DNA of 64,000 nucleotides, taken from assembly GCA_963675755.2 (NCBI GenBank), contig CAXXMD010000003.1, forward strand, positions 2,528,001 to 2,592,000, given 5' to 3'. Position numbers and translations under genes: made by a program. The stretch's first letter is position 1; each line of letters starts with the position of its first letter. The notes under the pieces are model-generated. The model saw only the letters and a program-made list of their open reading frames with translations, had not been told where the DNA came from and made no database searches. Origin of the DNA: a bacterium. GTDB taxonomy: Bacteria; Zhuqueibacterota; Zhuqueibacteria; Residuimicrobiales; Krinioviventaceae. Below are positions 38,750 through 48,419 of this stretch, piece after piece.

Positions 38750-41071
38750 CTAGTGTCCAAATGTAAATCCAATTAATAATCTTCTGGGTATGGTTGGGCC
38801 ATATACATATCCGGCATCTCTTGCTATGCCTTTATCAAAATCAGTTTGAAATGAATCTGTAATATTGTATATACCTGCAGTAAATGTACCATATAGATGT
38901 CCCATGAGGGGTATTTTATATGATGCAACCAGATCAAAAGTTACAAAGCTTTTGGTGTACTCTAACCTGTCGTTTTCTATATAACCTGCATAATGGGGAA
39001 CATACATGGGGCCGGTATATTTTGAAATACCCAGCAGATTGATATTGTTTGTGATATCATATGAAAAACGGATGCTTCCATACAAATCCGGAGTGCGGAA
39101 TATATGTATTGATTCAAAATCGGGTTCCGGGGAATCTAATTCACTGTCTTGCAGCGTTACCCCGGTTGTGATTTCGGCTTTCCGCATTCTATATCCCAAT
39201 TCGAATTCAATACCTTGTACAACAGATCCATCACCGTTGGTTCTGTAAAATTCGAATTCATCAGTCAAAGGATCATCTCTTTCATCCAATACAAACGTTT
39301 CAGTTAAATTGGTATAGAAACCGTTTACACTAAACCGTAATCCGTTCGTTCCTATGATTTCAGTCCATTCAGCTCCGCCATATAATGTTGTTGCACGTTC
39401 TTCTTTTAAATCCGGATCGTTTCTAATGATTTGACCTTCACCGCTAACCTGGGTAATGTGCAGATCTTCATCAAAGATTTGTGGCGGTTTAAAACCGGTT
39501 GAAATGCCGCCTCTTAGTGTGAGAGGTGAGGCTACATGCCACCTGAGTACCGCACGTGGACTAAGAATAGGAGTTTCAATTTCCGAGTGTTTATCTAGCC
39601 TTGATCCAAAAACAAGTTCAGCTTGATTATCGTTTCCAATTGACCATGAATCCTGTAAAATAATTCCAATATTTGTATATGTATCATTAATTATGCGGTT
39701 ATATGCCAGGGCTTTATCATTCAGTTCTTCATATTTATATTGTATGCCTGATGTAATAAGATGATTGCTAAAACGGTAATTGCCTTGTATTCCACTGATA
39801 AATAGGGGATTGTCGGTATTGCCATAAGCATTGGGATCCTGTTCTGCACCGTAATAAGTATCTCGGTTTGTCAGTGCTATTGATGTGAAAATTTTATAAT
39901 CAAATATTGCATTAGGATTTTGGGTCCATTTCAGGGAACCTCCATAGCGCTCTGTTTCACTTGCTTCGGCTATATCTGCTTCGTGAGGTGCAAGATCAAA
40001 CTTGTTTCCACCGCGGCGATCTTCATGAATATAGTGGAGCTGAAGTGCAAGTTCACCAGTAGTTACAGGTTTATAATACCAGTTCATACCTATTGCCTGA
40101 TTTTCAAGTTTGCCAATTTCGCTGAAGTCATCTCCATTCGCGTCCCAGGCAGCACGATTACGCATTGTTGCAAACAAGTAGCCGCTAGAATTTCCTTTCT
40201 GATTCACTCGAGACAGGGTGATTCCCATTTTATGATCAAGGTCTCCGTCAATAGAACCATTTCTATAATCCAAAGATATGTCATTGTGGGTAGGGCGTCG
40301 GGTGATCAGGTTGACAACGCCGGCAACGGCAGTACCACCATATAGTGCAGAGCCACCACCTTTGACAATTTCAACTTTTTCAATCATTTCATCAGGGAAC
40401 TGTTCAAGTCCATAAACATTTGCAAGACTGCTGATAACGGGATCACTGTCAATCAGTACCTGAGTGTGGTGCCCTTCCATGCCTAACAGCCGGACCTGAG
40501 TAAAATTACAGTTCTGACAGTTTTGTTCTACTCTTACACCAGTTTGAAAGTCCAATACTTCAGCCAGGTTGTTTGCTTTTTGTGCCTGTATCAGTTTTCT
40601 TGAAACAACAGAGGTTTTAACAGGCACATCTTTGTAAAATTGAGGAACTCCGGTAGCGGTAACGACCACTTCTTCCGCCTTGATCACTGAGGGTTTGAGT
40701 TCAAATTCCATGTTGGTTGTTTTATTTAAAGATATTTGAACGTCTTTTTCAATTGACTTGAATCCCATCATAGAAACAACAAGTGTATAAGAACCGGGTT
40801 GAAGGTTTGATATTTTAAATGAACCATCCTGGCCAGTGGCAGCACCTAAATATGTTCCGCTAATTAATACGTTGGCGCCTGGAAGCGGTTCATGGGTGTC
40901 GGTATCCAGAATTACACCTGTCAATGTACCGCTTTGAGTATTATGATGTTGACCTTTACGGTGTTGATGTCTGTTGGTTTCCTGTGCGTACAAAATATAT
41001 GTATTCAGGGATTGAAATATATATAAAACAGCGATGAACACTGCCAATTTGATAGAATAATTCCTTGACAT
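38750..41071 (-). CDS. TonB-dependent receptor, probable metal uptake
   Basis: VVVTAT TonB box, NCQNC plug motif, IEKVEIVKGGGSALYG; His-rich N-terminus. Confidence 0.92.
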   Translation of the reverse strand: MSRNYSIKLAVFIAVLYIFQSLNTYILYAQETNRHQHRKGQHHNTQSGTLTGVILDTDTHEPLPGANVLISGTYLGAATGQDGSFKISNLQPGSYTLVVSMMGFKSIEKDVQISLNKTTNMEFELKPSVIKAEEVVVTATGVPQFYKDVPVKTSVVSRKLIQAQKANNLAEVLDFQTGVRVEQNCQNCNFTQVRLLGMEGHHTQVLIDSDPVISSLANVYGLEQFPDEMIEKVEIVKGGGSALYGGTAVAGVVNLITRRPTHNDISLDYRNGSIDGDLDHKMGITLSRVNQKGNSSGYLFATMRNRAAWDANGDDFSEIGKLENQAIGMNWYYKPVTTGELALQLHYIHEDRRGGNKFDLAPHEADIAEASETERYGGSLKWTQNPNAIFDYKIFTSIALTNRDTYYGAEQDPNAYGNTDNPLFISGIQGNYRFSNHLITSGIQYKYEELNDKALAYNRIINDTYTNIGIILQDSWSIGNDNQAELVFGSRLDKHSEIETPILSPRAVLRWHVASPLTLRGGISTGFKPPQIFDEDLHITQVSGEGQIIRNDPDLKEERATTLYGGAEWTEIIGTNGLRFSVNGFYTNLTETFVLDERDDPLTDEFEFYRTNGDGSVVQGIEFELGYRMRKAEITTGVTLQDSELDSPEPDFESIHIFRTPDLYGSIRFSYDITNNINLLGISKYTGPMYVPHYAGYIENDRLEYTKSFVTFDLVASYKIPLMGHLYGTFTAGIYNITDSFQTDFDKGIARDAGYVYGPTIPRRLLIGFTFGH

Positions 41072-41204
41072 TTTCTTCTCCAATTCAGATGAAAATATTT
41101 ATATGTATCCTGTATTATTGGACAGAATAGGATATAGTACGGCTATAATCCATCTCAATAAACAGGTTGATAAATGAATGTATTATACTGTGAAAATAGT
41201 TGTA

Positions 41205-41582
41205 CTAGTTCGTAGCAGGAGGTGCTCTAAGAATTATAGAAAATGTAAGCAGTAGGGACCGTATAATGCGCATTTGCCTGATTTTGAGCTGTTGCGCGAA
41301 TTTTTGGTCAATGAGAGAGTGTATGAATAGTGTTACAAGAAAAGCTAACAGTGTAAACAGCGTATGGCAAAGAAGAAACCCACTTTCAGTGTGAGAATGG
41401 TTTTGGTATGGATTTCCGGTTTTGTTGAATGGTAATGCGTGGCTGTGAACCACAATTTTCCCATCAGGTAGAACGTGAATATGAGTAAACAGCATTGTAG
41501 CAATTAATAGCATAGACAATGCTGCAATCAAACAGATTGATATTATCGAACAAAAAAGATTTTTTCTATTACGACAAATCAT
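41205..41582 (-). CDS. His-rich two-TM leader protein ending in RAPP (DUF2946/CruR-like arrest peptide candidate)
   Basis: TM1, HIH..DG..HSH..HSH loop, TM2, ~30 aa linker, LRAPPATN-stop; upstream of a TBDR. Confidence 0.75.
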   Translation of the reverse strand: MICRNRKNLFCSIISICLIAALSMLLIATMLFTHIHVLPDGKIVVHSHALPFNKTGNPYQNHSHTESGFLLCHTLFTLLAFLVTLFIHSLIDQKFAQQLKIRQMRIIRSLLLTFSIILRAPPATN

Positions 41583-42124
41583 TTTTCCTGCCTGAAATAG
41601 TTTTCGTTACCTGCAAAATAACATTCAAGTTCGCAAACATCACAATGTTCATCCTGATGAGTACAATTGTAATTATATTCTGAAAAGGCTTTGCGAAATG
41701 CTATAGCTTTTGGATCATCTGAAAGATAAAAGCCCATAAATGATAAAATCTTGGCACTGGATTCTTTTGTAACCAGGTGCTCAATTTTGCAGGCATCTTC
41801 TTCGGCAATTGCAGGATTCACCAGCATAATCTCGGACAATAATCTTTCAAACAATCTTCTTTTCGAAAGTACCGCGTTTACAAGTTGTTTCCCAGTGTCA
41901 GAAAGTTTGAAAAAACGGTTTTTATCTTCTATAATATAGCCTTTTGCTACTAATTTATTAACCGTTATGGAAACACTGCCACGCGTTAAACCCAGGTAAT
42001 TTGAAATATCAATACTCCTTGCGTAACCCTGTGTTGTAACAAGAGTGTGTATTGCCATAAGGTAATGTACCGAACTGTGGCTGAGTTCGATTTCGTCGAA
42101 TTTTTTCCAAACATTTTGAATCAT
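41579..42124 (-). CDS. mntR: DtxR/MntR family metal-dependent transcriptional regulator with C-terminal Cys cluster
   Basis: HYL.AI..L...GYAR..DI...L...SVS....L...GY, A.EDACKIEH. Confidence 0.85.
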   Translation of the reverse strand: MIQNVWKKFDEIELSHSSVHYLMAIHTLVTTQGYARSIDISNYLGLTRGSVSITVNKLVAKGYIIEDKNRFFKLSDTGKQLVNAVLSKRRLFERLLSEIMLVNPAIAEEDACKIEHLVTKESSAKILSFMGFYLSDDPKAIAFRKAFSEYNYNCTHQDEHCDVCELECYFAGNENYFRQEK

Positions 42125-42135
42125 AGTTACTACTT

Positions 42136-42187
42136 TTGTTTTATATATCAAACAATTAAATATAGTATTTATTTATTTGTTTTGCAA
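42136..42187 (-). promoter_or_regulatory. Promoter with overlapping DtxR/TroR-like palindromic operator
   Basis: Minus strand TTGCAA-N17-TATATT; 20-bp near-palindrome TTGTTTTATATATCAAACAA at 42136-42155. Confidence 0.65.
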
Positions 42188-42278
42188 GTAAAAAATGTTT
42201 ATTTTGATTTGAAAGTATATGAATCGAATTCAGTTCTGTTTAATTTGCTCTTGAATTTCTTGCAGTATGGAGAAATAT

Positions 42279-42638
42279 ATGAAAATTGATGTAAAAATGA
42301 ACGGTAATATTCTTGTTTTAACATCTTCGGGGAACTTGATGGATTCTGAAAAAAAACAATTTCTGGAAGACTTTTTTTCATTTGTCAGAGAAAATAATCC
42401 CAGATATGTTCTTATTGATAGTCGGAAGCTTGAAGGACGTTTTTCAATCGGAGATATATTTTTTCAAGTCAAAGATATATCCCTGCGTACTGACAGAACA
42501 TATGAAAAAGTTGCAATAGTTGAGCGACAAGAGTTTCATGAAAAAATTGAATTTTACAGGGTAGCAGCCTGGAACGCGGGATTGCGTTTAAATTTCTTTT
42601 ATGATTATGATAGCGCTCTTGATTGGTTCAAGACCTGA
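42279..42638 (+). CDS. Hypothetical SpoIIAA/STAS-like protein
   Basis: VLID.R, KVAIV, FF.D...A..W pattern. Confidence 0.7.
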   Translation: MKIDVKMNGNILVLTSSGNLMDSEKKQFLEDFFSFVRENNPRYVLIDSRKLEGRFSIGDIFFQVKDISLRTDRTYEKVAIVERQEFHEKIEFYRVAAWNAGLRLNFFYDYDSALDWFKT

Positions 42639-42756
42639 GCACATGAATATAGATTTATGGAGCTATTGCCATAAATGGAAGTGAAATCTTTTTTATTCAA
42701 GGGGGAAGCATTGTTTTTATTGAATATGTGAATATTAAGAAAACACAGGTGTTAAT

Positions 42757-42799
42757 AAGGGCTTGTTAAAAACATTACTGAATTATAATCAAGCCCTTG
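42757..42799. terminator. Hairpin between convergent genes
   Basis: AAGGGCTTG...CAAGCCCTT. Confidence 0.45.
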
Positions 42800-42823
42800 A
42801 ATGGTAAAACAGCCAGGAATTTT

Positions 42824-44185
42824 TTATAGATTTTTCAATTTTTCTTTCAATTCCAGGTACTCGCAAAGCAAATTGATATTCATGTTAAAAACGCTGCTGC
42901 TGATCCTGTCCTTGGTAATATATTCACCACTCCATCTTACTCCGGGAATGTAATTTTTATACTTGTCATTTTTTGAAATCCAGCGTCCTTGCTCGTCCTG
43001 GCTTTCAATAATTTTCTTGATTTGTGGCTCAATCTCTAACAGACGTGCTTGTATACCATCTTTGGTTTGCATGGGGTCTGGTAACGGGATTTTATTTTGA
43101 ACAGCGTCAAGCGTAATTTGATAACGCTTTTTTACAGCACTCAACGCGTCACTCAGATCATTTTCATACCCGTAACCGGTTCTGCGTTCGATGTGCAAAC
43201 TGTCAGTAGTTTCTACTCTGATGCGACCGCGATCGTAATAAAGGGATTTGTTGGTATAGAGTTCAACAAACCGGGCCCACTTGCCATTGGGGAGCTGGAT
43301 ATCATCCAGCCAGTTTAATGCATCTGGTATTGCAACAAGATAGTGTGGGTCATTAAGACATTCAAACATATCTAGCAGACTGTTCATGACGCGTATGGTA
43401 ACCAGGGGACAGACAGCAGGGGGTTCAAAATCGCGAGCCCATGCCGGCTGCAGGTGATGATTATATTGTTGTGCCCAACCGGGTTGTGGGGGTGCAATTT
43501 GAGATATCATGAGAAACCGGCCCACTTTTTCTAATGATTTTCTGTAATCCGGGTTTTTATAATATTGCCAGGCATCCATCATGACCTGAATGCAGTCATT
43601 AATTCCCCCATCATTAAAGGTGGCAAAATCGTGATAATTACCTTGTTCAGGATATTTGTGAGGCCAGCCACCATCTGCCAGTTGGCTTTTTTGCATCATA
43701 TCCAGTGCTTTGTTTATTGCGAGTGTTAGAGAATCATCATTAATAATTTGATCAAGTTGCATTAAAAAACGTATTGCGCTTTGAGTTTGATTATCATCAA
43801 AGCTTACAATATCACTTTTATGGGTTACATTGATAGTATGGTCCCAGCCACCGAGATCATTTTGACCACGAATTAAAGCATAGGCCGCTGCCCTGGCAGC
43901 TTCAAGTGCAGTCTGACTGGAAATTATATTGTAGGCACGAACAAAACTCATACCCACAGCAGGAGTTCCCGGAGGCTGAACCTCAATGGTGTTTTCATCT
44001 GTCCTGCCTTCACCCCAGCGTTCAGTCATATCCAGTGTATAGTTATAAACATAGCCGCCGTGTACATTTATAGAGTAGTAATATTCTACTCCCTTTTCGA
44101 TTGCGTTTTTTGTGTTTTGGACAATGTTTTGTGAAAAAGCGGTAAAAGAAAAGAGGACGAAAATAATAACCATATTCTTTTTCAT
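42824..44185 (-). CDS. pelA: Pectate lyase PelA-like (PL10)
   Basis: SFDDNQT, Q...GGWP, ATFND, GWAQQY....PAWARDFEP, WARF.E. Confidence 0.85.
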   Translation of the reverse strand: MKKNMVIIFVLFSFTAFSQNIVQNTKNAIEKGVEYYYSINVHGGYVYNYTLDMTERWGEGRTDENTIEVQPPGTPAVGMSFVRAYNIISSQTALEAARAAAYALIRGQNDLGGWDHTINVTHKSDIVSFDDNQTQSAIRFLMQLDQIINDDSLTLAINKALDMMQKSQLADGGWPHKYPEQGNYHDFATFNDGGINDCIQVMMDAWQYYKNPDYRKSLEKVGRFLMISQIAPPQPGWAQQYNHHLQPAWARDFEPPAVCPLVTIRVMNSLLDMFECLNDPHYLVAIPDALNWLDDIQLPNGKWARFVELYTNKSLYYDRGRIRVETTDSLHIERRTGYGYENDLSDALSAVKKRYQITLDAVQNKIPLPDPMQTKDGIQARLLEIEPQIKKIIESQDEQGRWISKNDKYKNYIPGVRWSGEYITKDRISSSVFNMNINLLCEYLELKEKLKNL

Positions 44186-44329
44186 AAGAGGTCTCCGGAA
44201 GTGAGTTGTTTTTATGATTGTTAGTATATACATATTTTGTTTTGTTGTCAATAATTATATTTTCGCTGTTTTCTGAGAAAAGGGTATTGAAAAAAATGGA
44301 AGAAACCAGAATTGTTTATGTTATAATAT

Positions 44330-44356
44330 TCAAGAAACTGTCTGATTTGCCGACAA
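44330..44356 (+). promoter_or_regulatory. Sigma28 (FliA/SigD)-type promoter
   Basis: TCAAG-N14-GCCGACAA ~100 nt upstream of the GNAT-like gene. Confidence 0.55.
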
Positions 44357-44453
44357 TATGTAATAATGCCAAATCCTTTCTTATGCATTTCAATTGTTTT
44401 CTAGTATTATAATTAACAACATCTTAAAATTTCAAATTAGAATTGGGGAAGTG

Positions 44454-45323
44454 ATGGAATCTTTTGACTCTCAATTAATTGAAAATATAAAGCTTGAACC
44501 CGCAGATCTTGATTCTTTTGCAAGTTGGAAAAAAGAGAATGGTCACGATATTATATATAATGAAGGTATCTATTGGGAAAAGATATTTCAGGGTTTTTAT
44601 CAACCGGCGCATATAGTACAAAAATTAAGTCTTGAGCAAATCCATTATCCTCAATTTTTACATTGGGGCGTAAGAGGGGTTTTACAGGATTCAGAGTCAT
44701 CCCTTGCGAATGGATTGATCCATTTTTATGCTTTTGAACACATAAAAAAATTCGACATTACAGTTTTCTCTCATCAACGAAGATCCAATGTTCGTAAATG
44801 CTTTAGAAATGTTGATATACGTGAAGTTAAAGATGAAAAAATAATGATGGATCAAGGTTATGATGTTATATCATCTTCATTGCAAAGAACAAATCATTTA
44901 GAGATACCTTCAAAAGATGAATATTTAAAGCATTGTACAGCGTATATAAATAATGGAGATAACAGCCATATTATATTAGGCGCATTTCTGGAAAACAGAC
45001 TTTTAGCATATCTTGATATTTGTGCTGTTGAAGAAACTGCATATTTGATGAATATGTATATTCACTCAGACGCTTTAAATTTTTCTGTTAGTCCGGGTTT
45101 GTTTTATAGTGCATTTTTACTTTGCCGGGAGAGTGAAAAAATTACCCAGGTATTAGCAGGCGGGCCAACACCTGATGATAACGGATTGGAAATATTTAAA
45201 AAGAGAATGGGGTTTACTATAGTTGATGTTCCAACGTTTTGCAAAATGAATAAAATGGTTGCTTTATTATTAAGAATGAAATGCCCTGAAAGTTATCATC
45301 AATTATTAAGTGTGCACCACTAG
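44454..45323 (+). CDS. FemAB/BioF2-like GNAT-fold protein, paralog 1
   Basis: RRSNVRKC helix, GAF....LLAY, GL..FK..MGF; aligns with the next gene. Confidence 0.7.
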   Translation: MESFDSQLIENIKLEPADLDSFASWKKENGHDIIYNEGIYWEKIFQGFYQPAHIVQKLSLEQIHYPQFLHWGVRGVLQDSESSLANGLIHFYAFEHIKKFDITVFSHQRRSNVRKCFRNVDIREVKDEKIMMDQGYDVISSSLQRTNHLEIPSKDEYLKHCTAYINNGDNSHIILGAFLENRLLAYLDICAVEETAYLMNMYIHSDALNFSVSPGLFYSAFLLCRESEKITQVLAGGPTPDDNGLEIFKKRMGFTIVDVPTFCKMNKMVALLLRMKCPESYHQLLSVHH

Positions 45324-45378
45324 TTTTATTCATTTTGACAAATCTGATAGTATTACTTTATAAATCAGGTGGATTTGA

Positions 45379-46254
45379 ATGAAAACTATAGATATTGAAC
45401 CAATCCTTTCAAGTATTAAACTTGTTCCTGCTTCAATCACAGATTTTGCAATTTGGAAGGCCTCACAGGGTCATCATATTGTTGAAAAAAACAATTTATA
45501 TTGGCACGAAGCGTTTAAAGGCTTTTATCAACCCATTCATATTTTACAAGAGTTGCATCAGAGCCAAATCCATTCACCTAAAATGATGGCCTGGGGAGTA
45601 CGAGGTGCATTAAATAAAAGTGAACAGTTTTTGGCAAATGGAGCGATCGAGTACTATACCCTCGAAAATTTAAACAGTTTTGATTTCAGCATGTTTTCTC
45701 AAAAAAGGAGAGAGAATATTCGTAAATGTTTTCGCAGGGTAGAGATCAAAGAAATCAAAGATGAAAATATTTTACTAGAGCAGGGATATGATATTGTTCG
45801 TTCTTCATTGGAACGAACTCATCATGCTTCTATACCAACAAAAGATAAGTATCTTGAAAATTGTACAGCCTATGTGAACAAGGGGGATAACAGTCATATG
45901 GTTCTTGGGGCATTTGAAGACAATAAATTGCTCGCTTTTTTAGAACTCTCTGCGGTTGAGGATACGGTTTATCTGGTAACCATGATGATTGCATCTGATG
46001 CATTAAAACATGGTGTGAGCTCTGGATTGTTTTACACGTCTTTTGAACTAAGCAAGTATGCTCCTGGAATAAAACGAATGTTTGCCGGTGGCAGAACCAG
46101 CGGTCATGAAGCTCTTGATGTTTTTAAACAAAGTATGGGGATGACCATTGTTAAAGAACCCTTCTGGAGTGATATAAAGCCTTCTGCAAAGTTTGTTTTA
46201 AAACACAAATACCCTCAAAAATACAACCGTTTGATTGGCGGATTAGCAGCTTGA
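45379..46254 (+). CDS. FemAB/BioF2-like GNAT-fold protein, paralog 2
   Basis: RRENIRKC, GAF....LLAF, L..FK..MG; shares GFYQP.HI, WGVRG and CTAY.N.GDNSH with paralog 1. Confidence 0.7.
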   Translation: MKTIDIEPILSSIKLVPASITDFAIWKASQGHHIVEKNNLYWHEAFKGFYQPIHILQELHQSQIHSPKMMAWGVRGALNKSEQFLANGAIEYYTLENLNSFDFSMFSQKRRENIRKCFRRVEIKEIKDENILLEQGYDIVRSSLERTHHASIPTKDKYLENCTAYVNKGDNSHMVLGAFEDNKLLAFLELSAVEDTVYLVTMMIASDALKHGVSSGLFYTSFELSKYAPGIKRMFAGGRTSGHEALDVFKQSMGMTIVKEPFWSDIKPSAKFVLKHKYPQKYNRLIGGLAA

Positions 46255-46372
46255 TTTGGTGATGTTGAGCGGGTTGCGTTTTTTCAACAGTTTATGACAA
46301 CTGGTTTTTTATATTGACAATAGTGGGGATTCTATGTATATATAAGTAATGTATAATTAACAAGGGGTGACC

Positions 46373-46777
46373 ATGAAAGTAATTCCAATTTTAATTCTGT
46401 TATTGGTGTTGACGGCTTGTTCAACACTGCTTGATCCTGAAGATCAGGCCAAACTGGTGCTTTATGATGGTTCCTATGAGAATTTTACAGATGCTTCCGG
46501 AGAAACGCATTCAGCAATACAATGGAAGTATCGCGTAAAATCTGTCTCCTGCCAGATAGGGGGATATGGAATAATAAAGGGCGATCATACTGCTTCTGTT
46601 AGCTGGTGGAAGATGAAAACCATAGAACCGGGTATAGAGTATACGTTCACAGACACACTCAATTCAGCAATCGCGGCTAACAGTGGAACACGGATTTCCA
46701 TGGAGGGATATATAGATCATGATCATGGCGGGATTAAATCCATTTCTTCTGAAATTCATTTGGTAGAGCGAAAATAA
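46373..46777 (+). CDS. Hypothetical lipoprotein
   Basis: Lipobox LTAC. Confidence 0.7.
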   Translation: MKVIPILILLLVLTACSTLLDPEDQAKLVLYDGSYENFTDASGETHSAIQWKYRVKSVSCQIGGYGIIKGDHTASVSWWKMKTIEPGIEYTFTDTLNSAIAANSGTRISMEGYIDHDHGGIKSISSEIHLVERK

Positions 46778-46939
46778 AAATTATCCTGACAATAGAAGTT
46801 GTTCCAAGTAATTAATTCTTGTATCCTGCAAAAGAATTAATTATACTCTGGTGTATACTGTTTGTATTTTTTTTAACAGCTATTCTTTTTTGTCCATCCT
46901 TTTTTAAGAGAACTGTAACCGAAAATACAAAGGAACACT

Positions 46940-48391
46940 ATGAAAAATCTACCTCGTCGTCGATTTTTACAGCTAGCAGGTTTAGCGGGGGCATCAATCG
47001 TAATTCCAGGTTGTGCAAAAAAAATAAAACCCAATATTGTATTCATCATGGCCGATGATATGGGTTATGGTGATCCGGGTTGCTATAATCCGGAAAGTAA
47101 AGCACCAACCCCTAATATCGATCAGCTTGCGGCTGATGGAATGCGGTTTACCAATGCTCATTCAGCCGGGTCTTTGTGTATTCCTGCACGATATGGATTG
47201 CTGACCGGCAGATACCCCATGCGTGAGGATATGAACAAGCACCGCTATACCAATCTGATTGAACCGGGTCGTGAAACTCTTGCCACCATAGTTAAAAAAA
47301 GCGGTTACCGAACCGCTATGGTTGGGAAATGGCACTTGGGATTTGAACATGTTGATAACCCGGATTTCAGTAAACCACTCAAAGGCGGCCCTGTCGATTG
47401 CGGTTTTGATTCCTTTTTCGGCATGCATGCATCGCTGGATATTCAACCCTATTATTATATCGAGAATGACCGTGCTGTGCTTCCGCCCACAGAGACGATA
47501 GAGGCCCACAACAGTCCCGATGTTACTCCTGTTCAGGGAGCATTCTGGAGAAAAGGAAAAATAGCACCGGGATTTAAACATGAACAAGTGTTACCCAAAT
47601 TTGCGGAAAAGTCCATTGCATTTTTAAATCAGCAGGATAAAAGTAACCCGTTTTTTCTCTATCTGGCACTTGCCGCACCGCATACTCCCTGGCTGCCACA
47701 GGGTAAATTCCGAGGGATGAGTAAAGCAGGGGATTATGGGGATTTTGTATCGCAGGTTGATGATGTAGTCGGCCGGGTCCTGAAAACGCTTCAGGAAAAA
47801 GGTCTTGCAAATAATACACTGGTCATATTTACCAGTGATAATGGTCCAGTCTGGTTCAAAGAAGATGTGGAACGATATGATCATCGCTCTGTTTCTTTTT
47901 TACGGGGAATGAAAGCCGATGCCTACGAGGGTGGACACCGGATGCCCTTTATAGCACGATGGCCCGGAAAAGTACAGCCGGGCAGTGTAAGTGAAGAAGT
48001 CATTAGTTTTGTGGATGTTCTTGCAACGCTTGCTGATGTTTCTGGACAGCCGTTAACTCAATATGCTGAAGACAGTTATAGTATTGTTCCGGTGTTGATG
48101 AACAAGGATTACCCAAAACCTTTGCGGGAAGCTACTGTCATCGACAGCAATACGCTTATACAATGGCCCTGGAAACTGATTGTGGGTTCCGGACTAGGTG
48201 GAATTCATGCACATTATAATCCCGAATTGCAGGATGATCGAAACAAAGGGAAGCATTTTAACGAACTTTATAATTTAGATAAAGACCCTTCGGAAACCCA
48301 AAATCTTGCAGAACAGCAACCTGAAATTGTAGAGCGTTTAAAACGATTGTTAACTACATATCAAGACCAGGGATTCAGTGTAAAACGTTAA
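46940..48391 (+). CDS. Arylsulfatase (Cys-type) with Tat signal
   Basis: RRRFL; PNIVFIMADD.G, CIPARYGLLTGR, GKWHLG, FTSDNG. Confidence 0.95.
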   Translation: MKNLPRRRFLQLAGLAGASIVIPGCAKKIKPNIVFIMADDMGYGDPGCYNPESKAPTPNIDQLAADGMRFTNAHSAGSLCIPARYGLLTGRYPMREDMNKHRYTNLIEPGRETLATIVKKSGYRTAMVGKWHLGFEHVDNPDFSKPLKGGPVDCGFDSFFGMHASLDIQPYYYIENDRAVLPPTETIEAHNSPDVTPVQGAFWRKGKIAPGFKHEQVLPKFAEKSIAFLNQQDKSNPFFLYLALAAPHTPWLPQGKFRGMSKAGDYGDFVSQVDDVVGRVLKTLQEKGLANNTLVIFTSDNGPVWFKEDVERYDHRSVSFLRGMKADAYEGGHRMPFIARWPGKVQPGSVSEEVISFVDVLATLADVSGQPLTQYAEDSYSIVPVLMNKDYPKPLREATVIDSNTLIQWPWKLIVGSGLGGIHAHYNPELQDDRNKGKHFNELYNLDKDPSETQNLAEQQPEIVERLKRLLTTYQDQGFSVKR

Positions 48392-48419
48392 TTTAATTCT
48401 GATAAAAGGTGAGAGTTTT

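Noticed and set aside
41106-41134. Possible hairpin or riboswitch between the RAPP leader and the TBDR
   Set aside because: Only a weak interrupted stem (TATCCT/AGGATA); no cobalamin or other riboswitch consensus recognised
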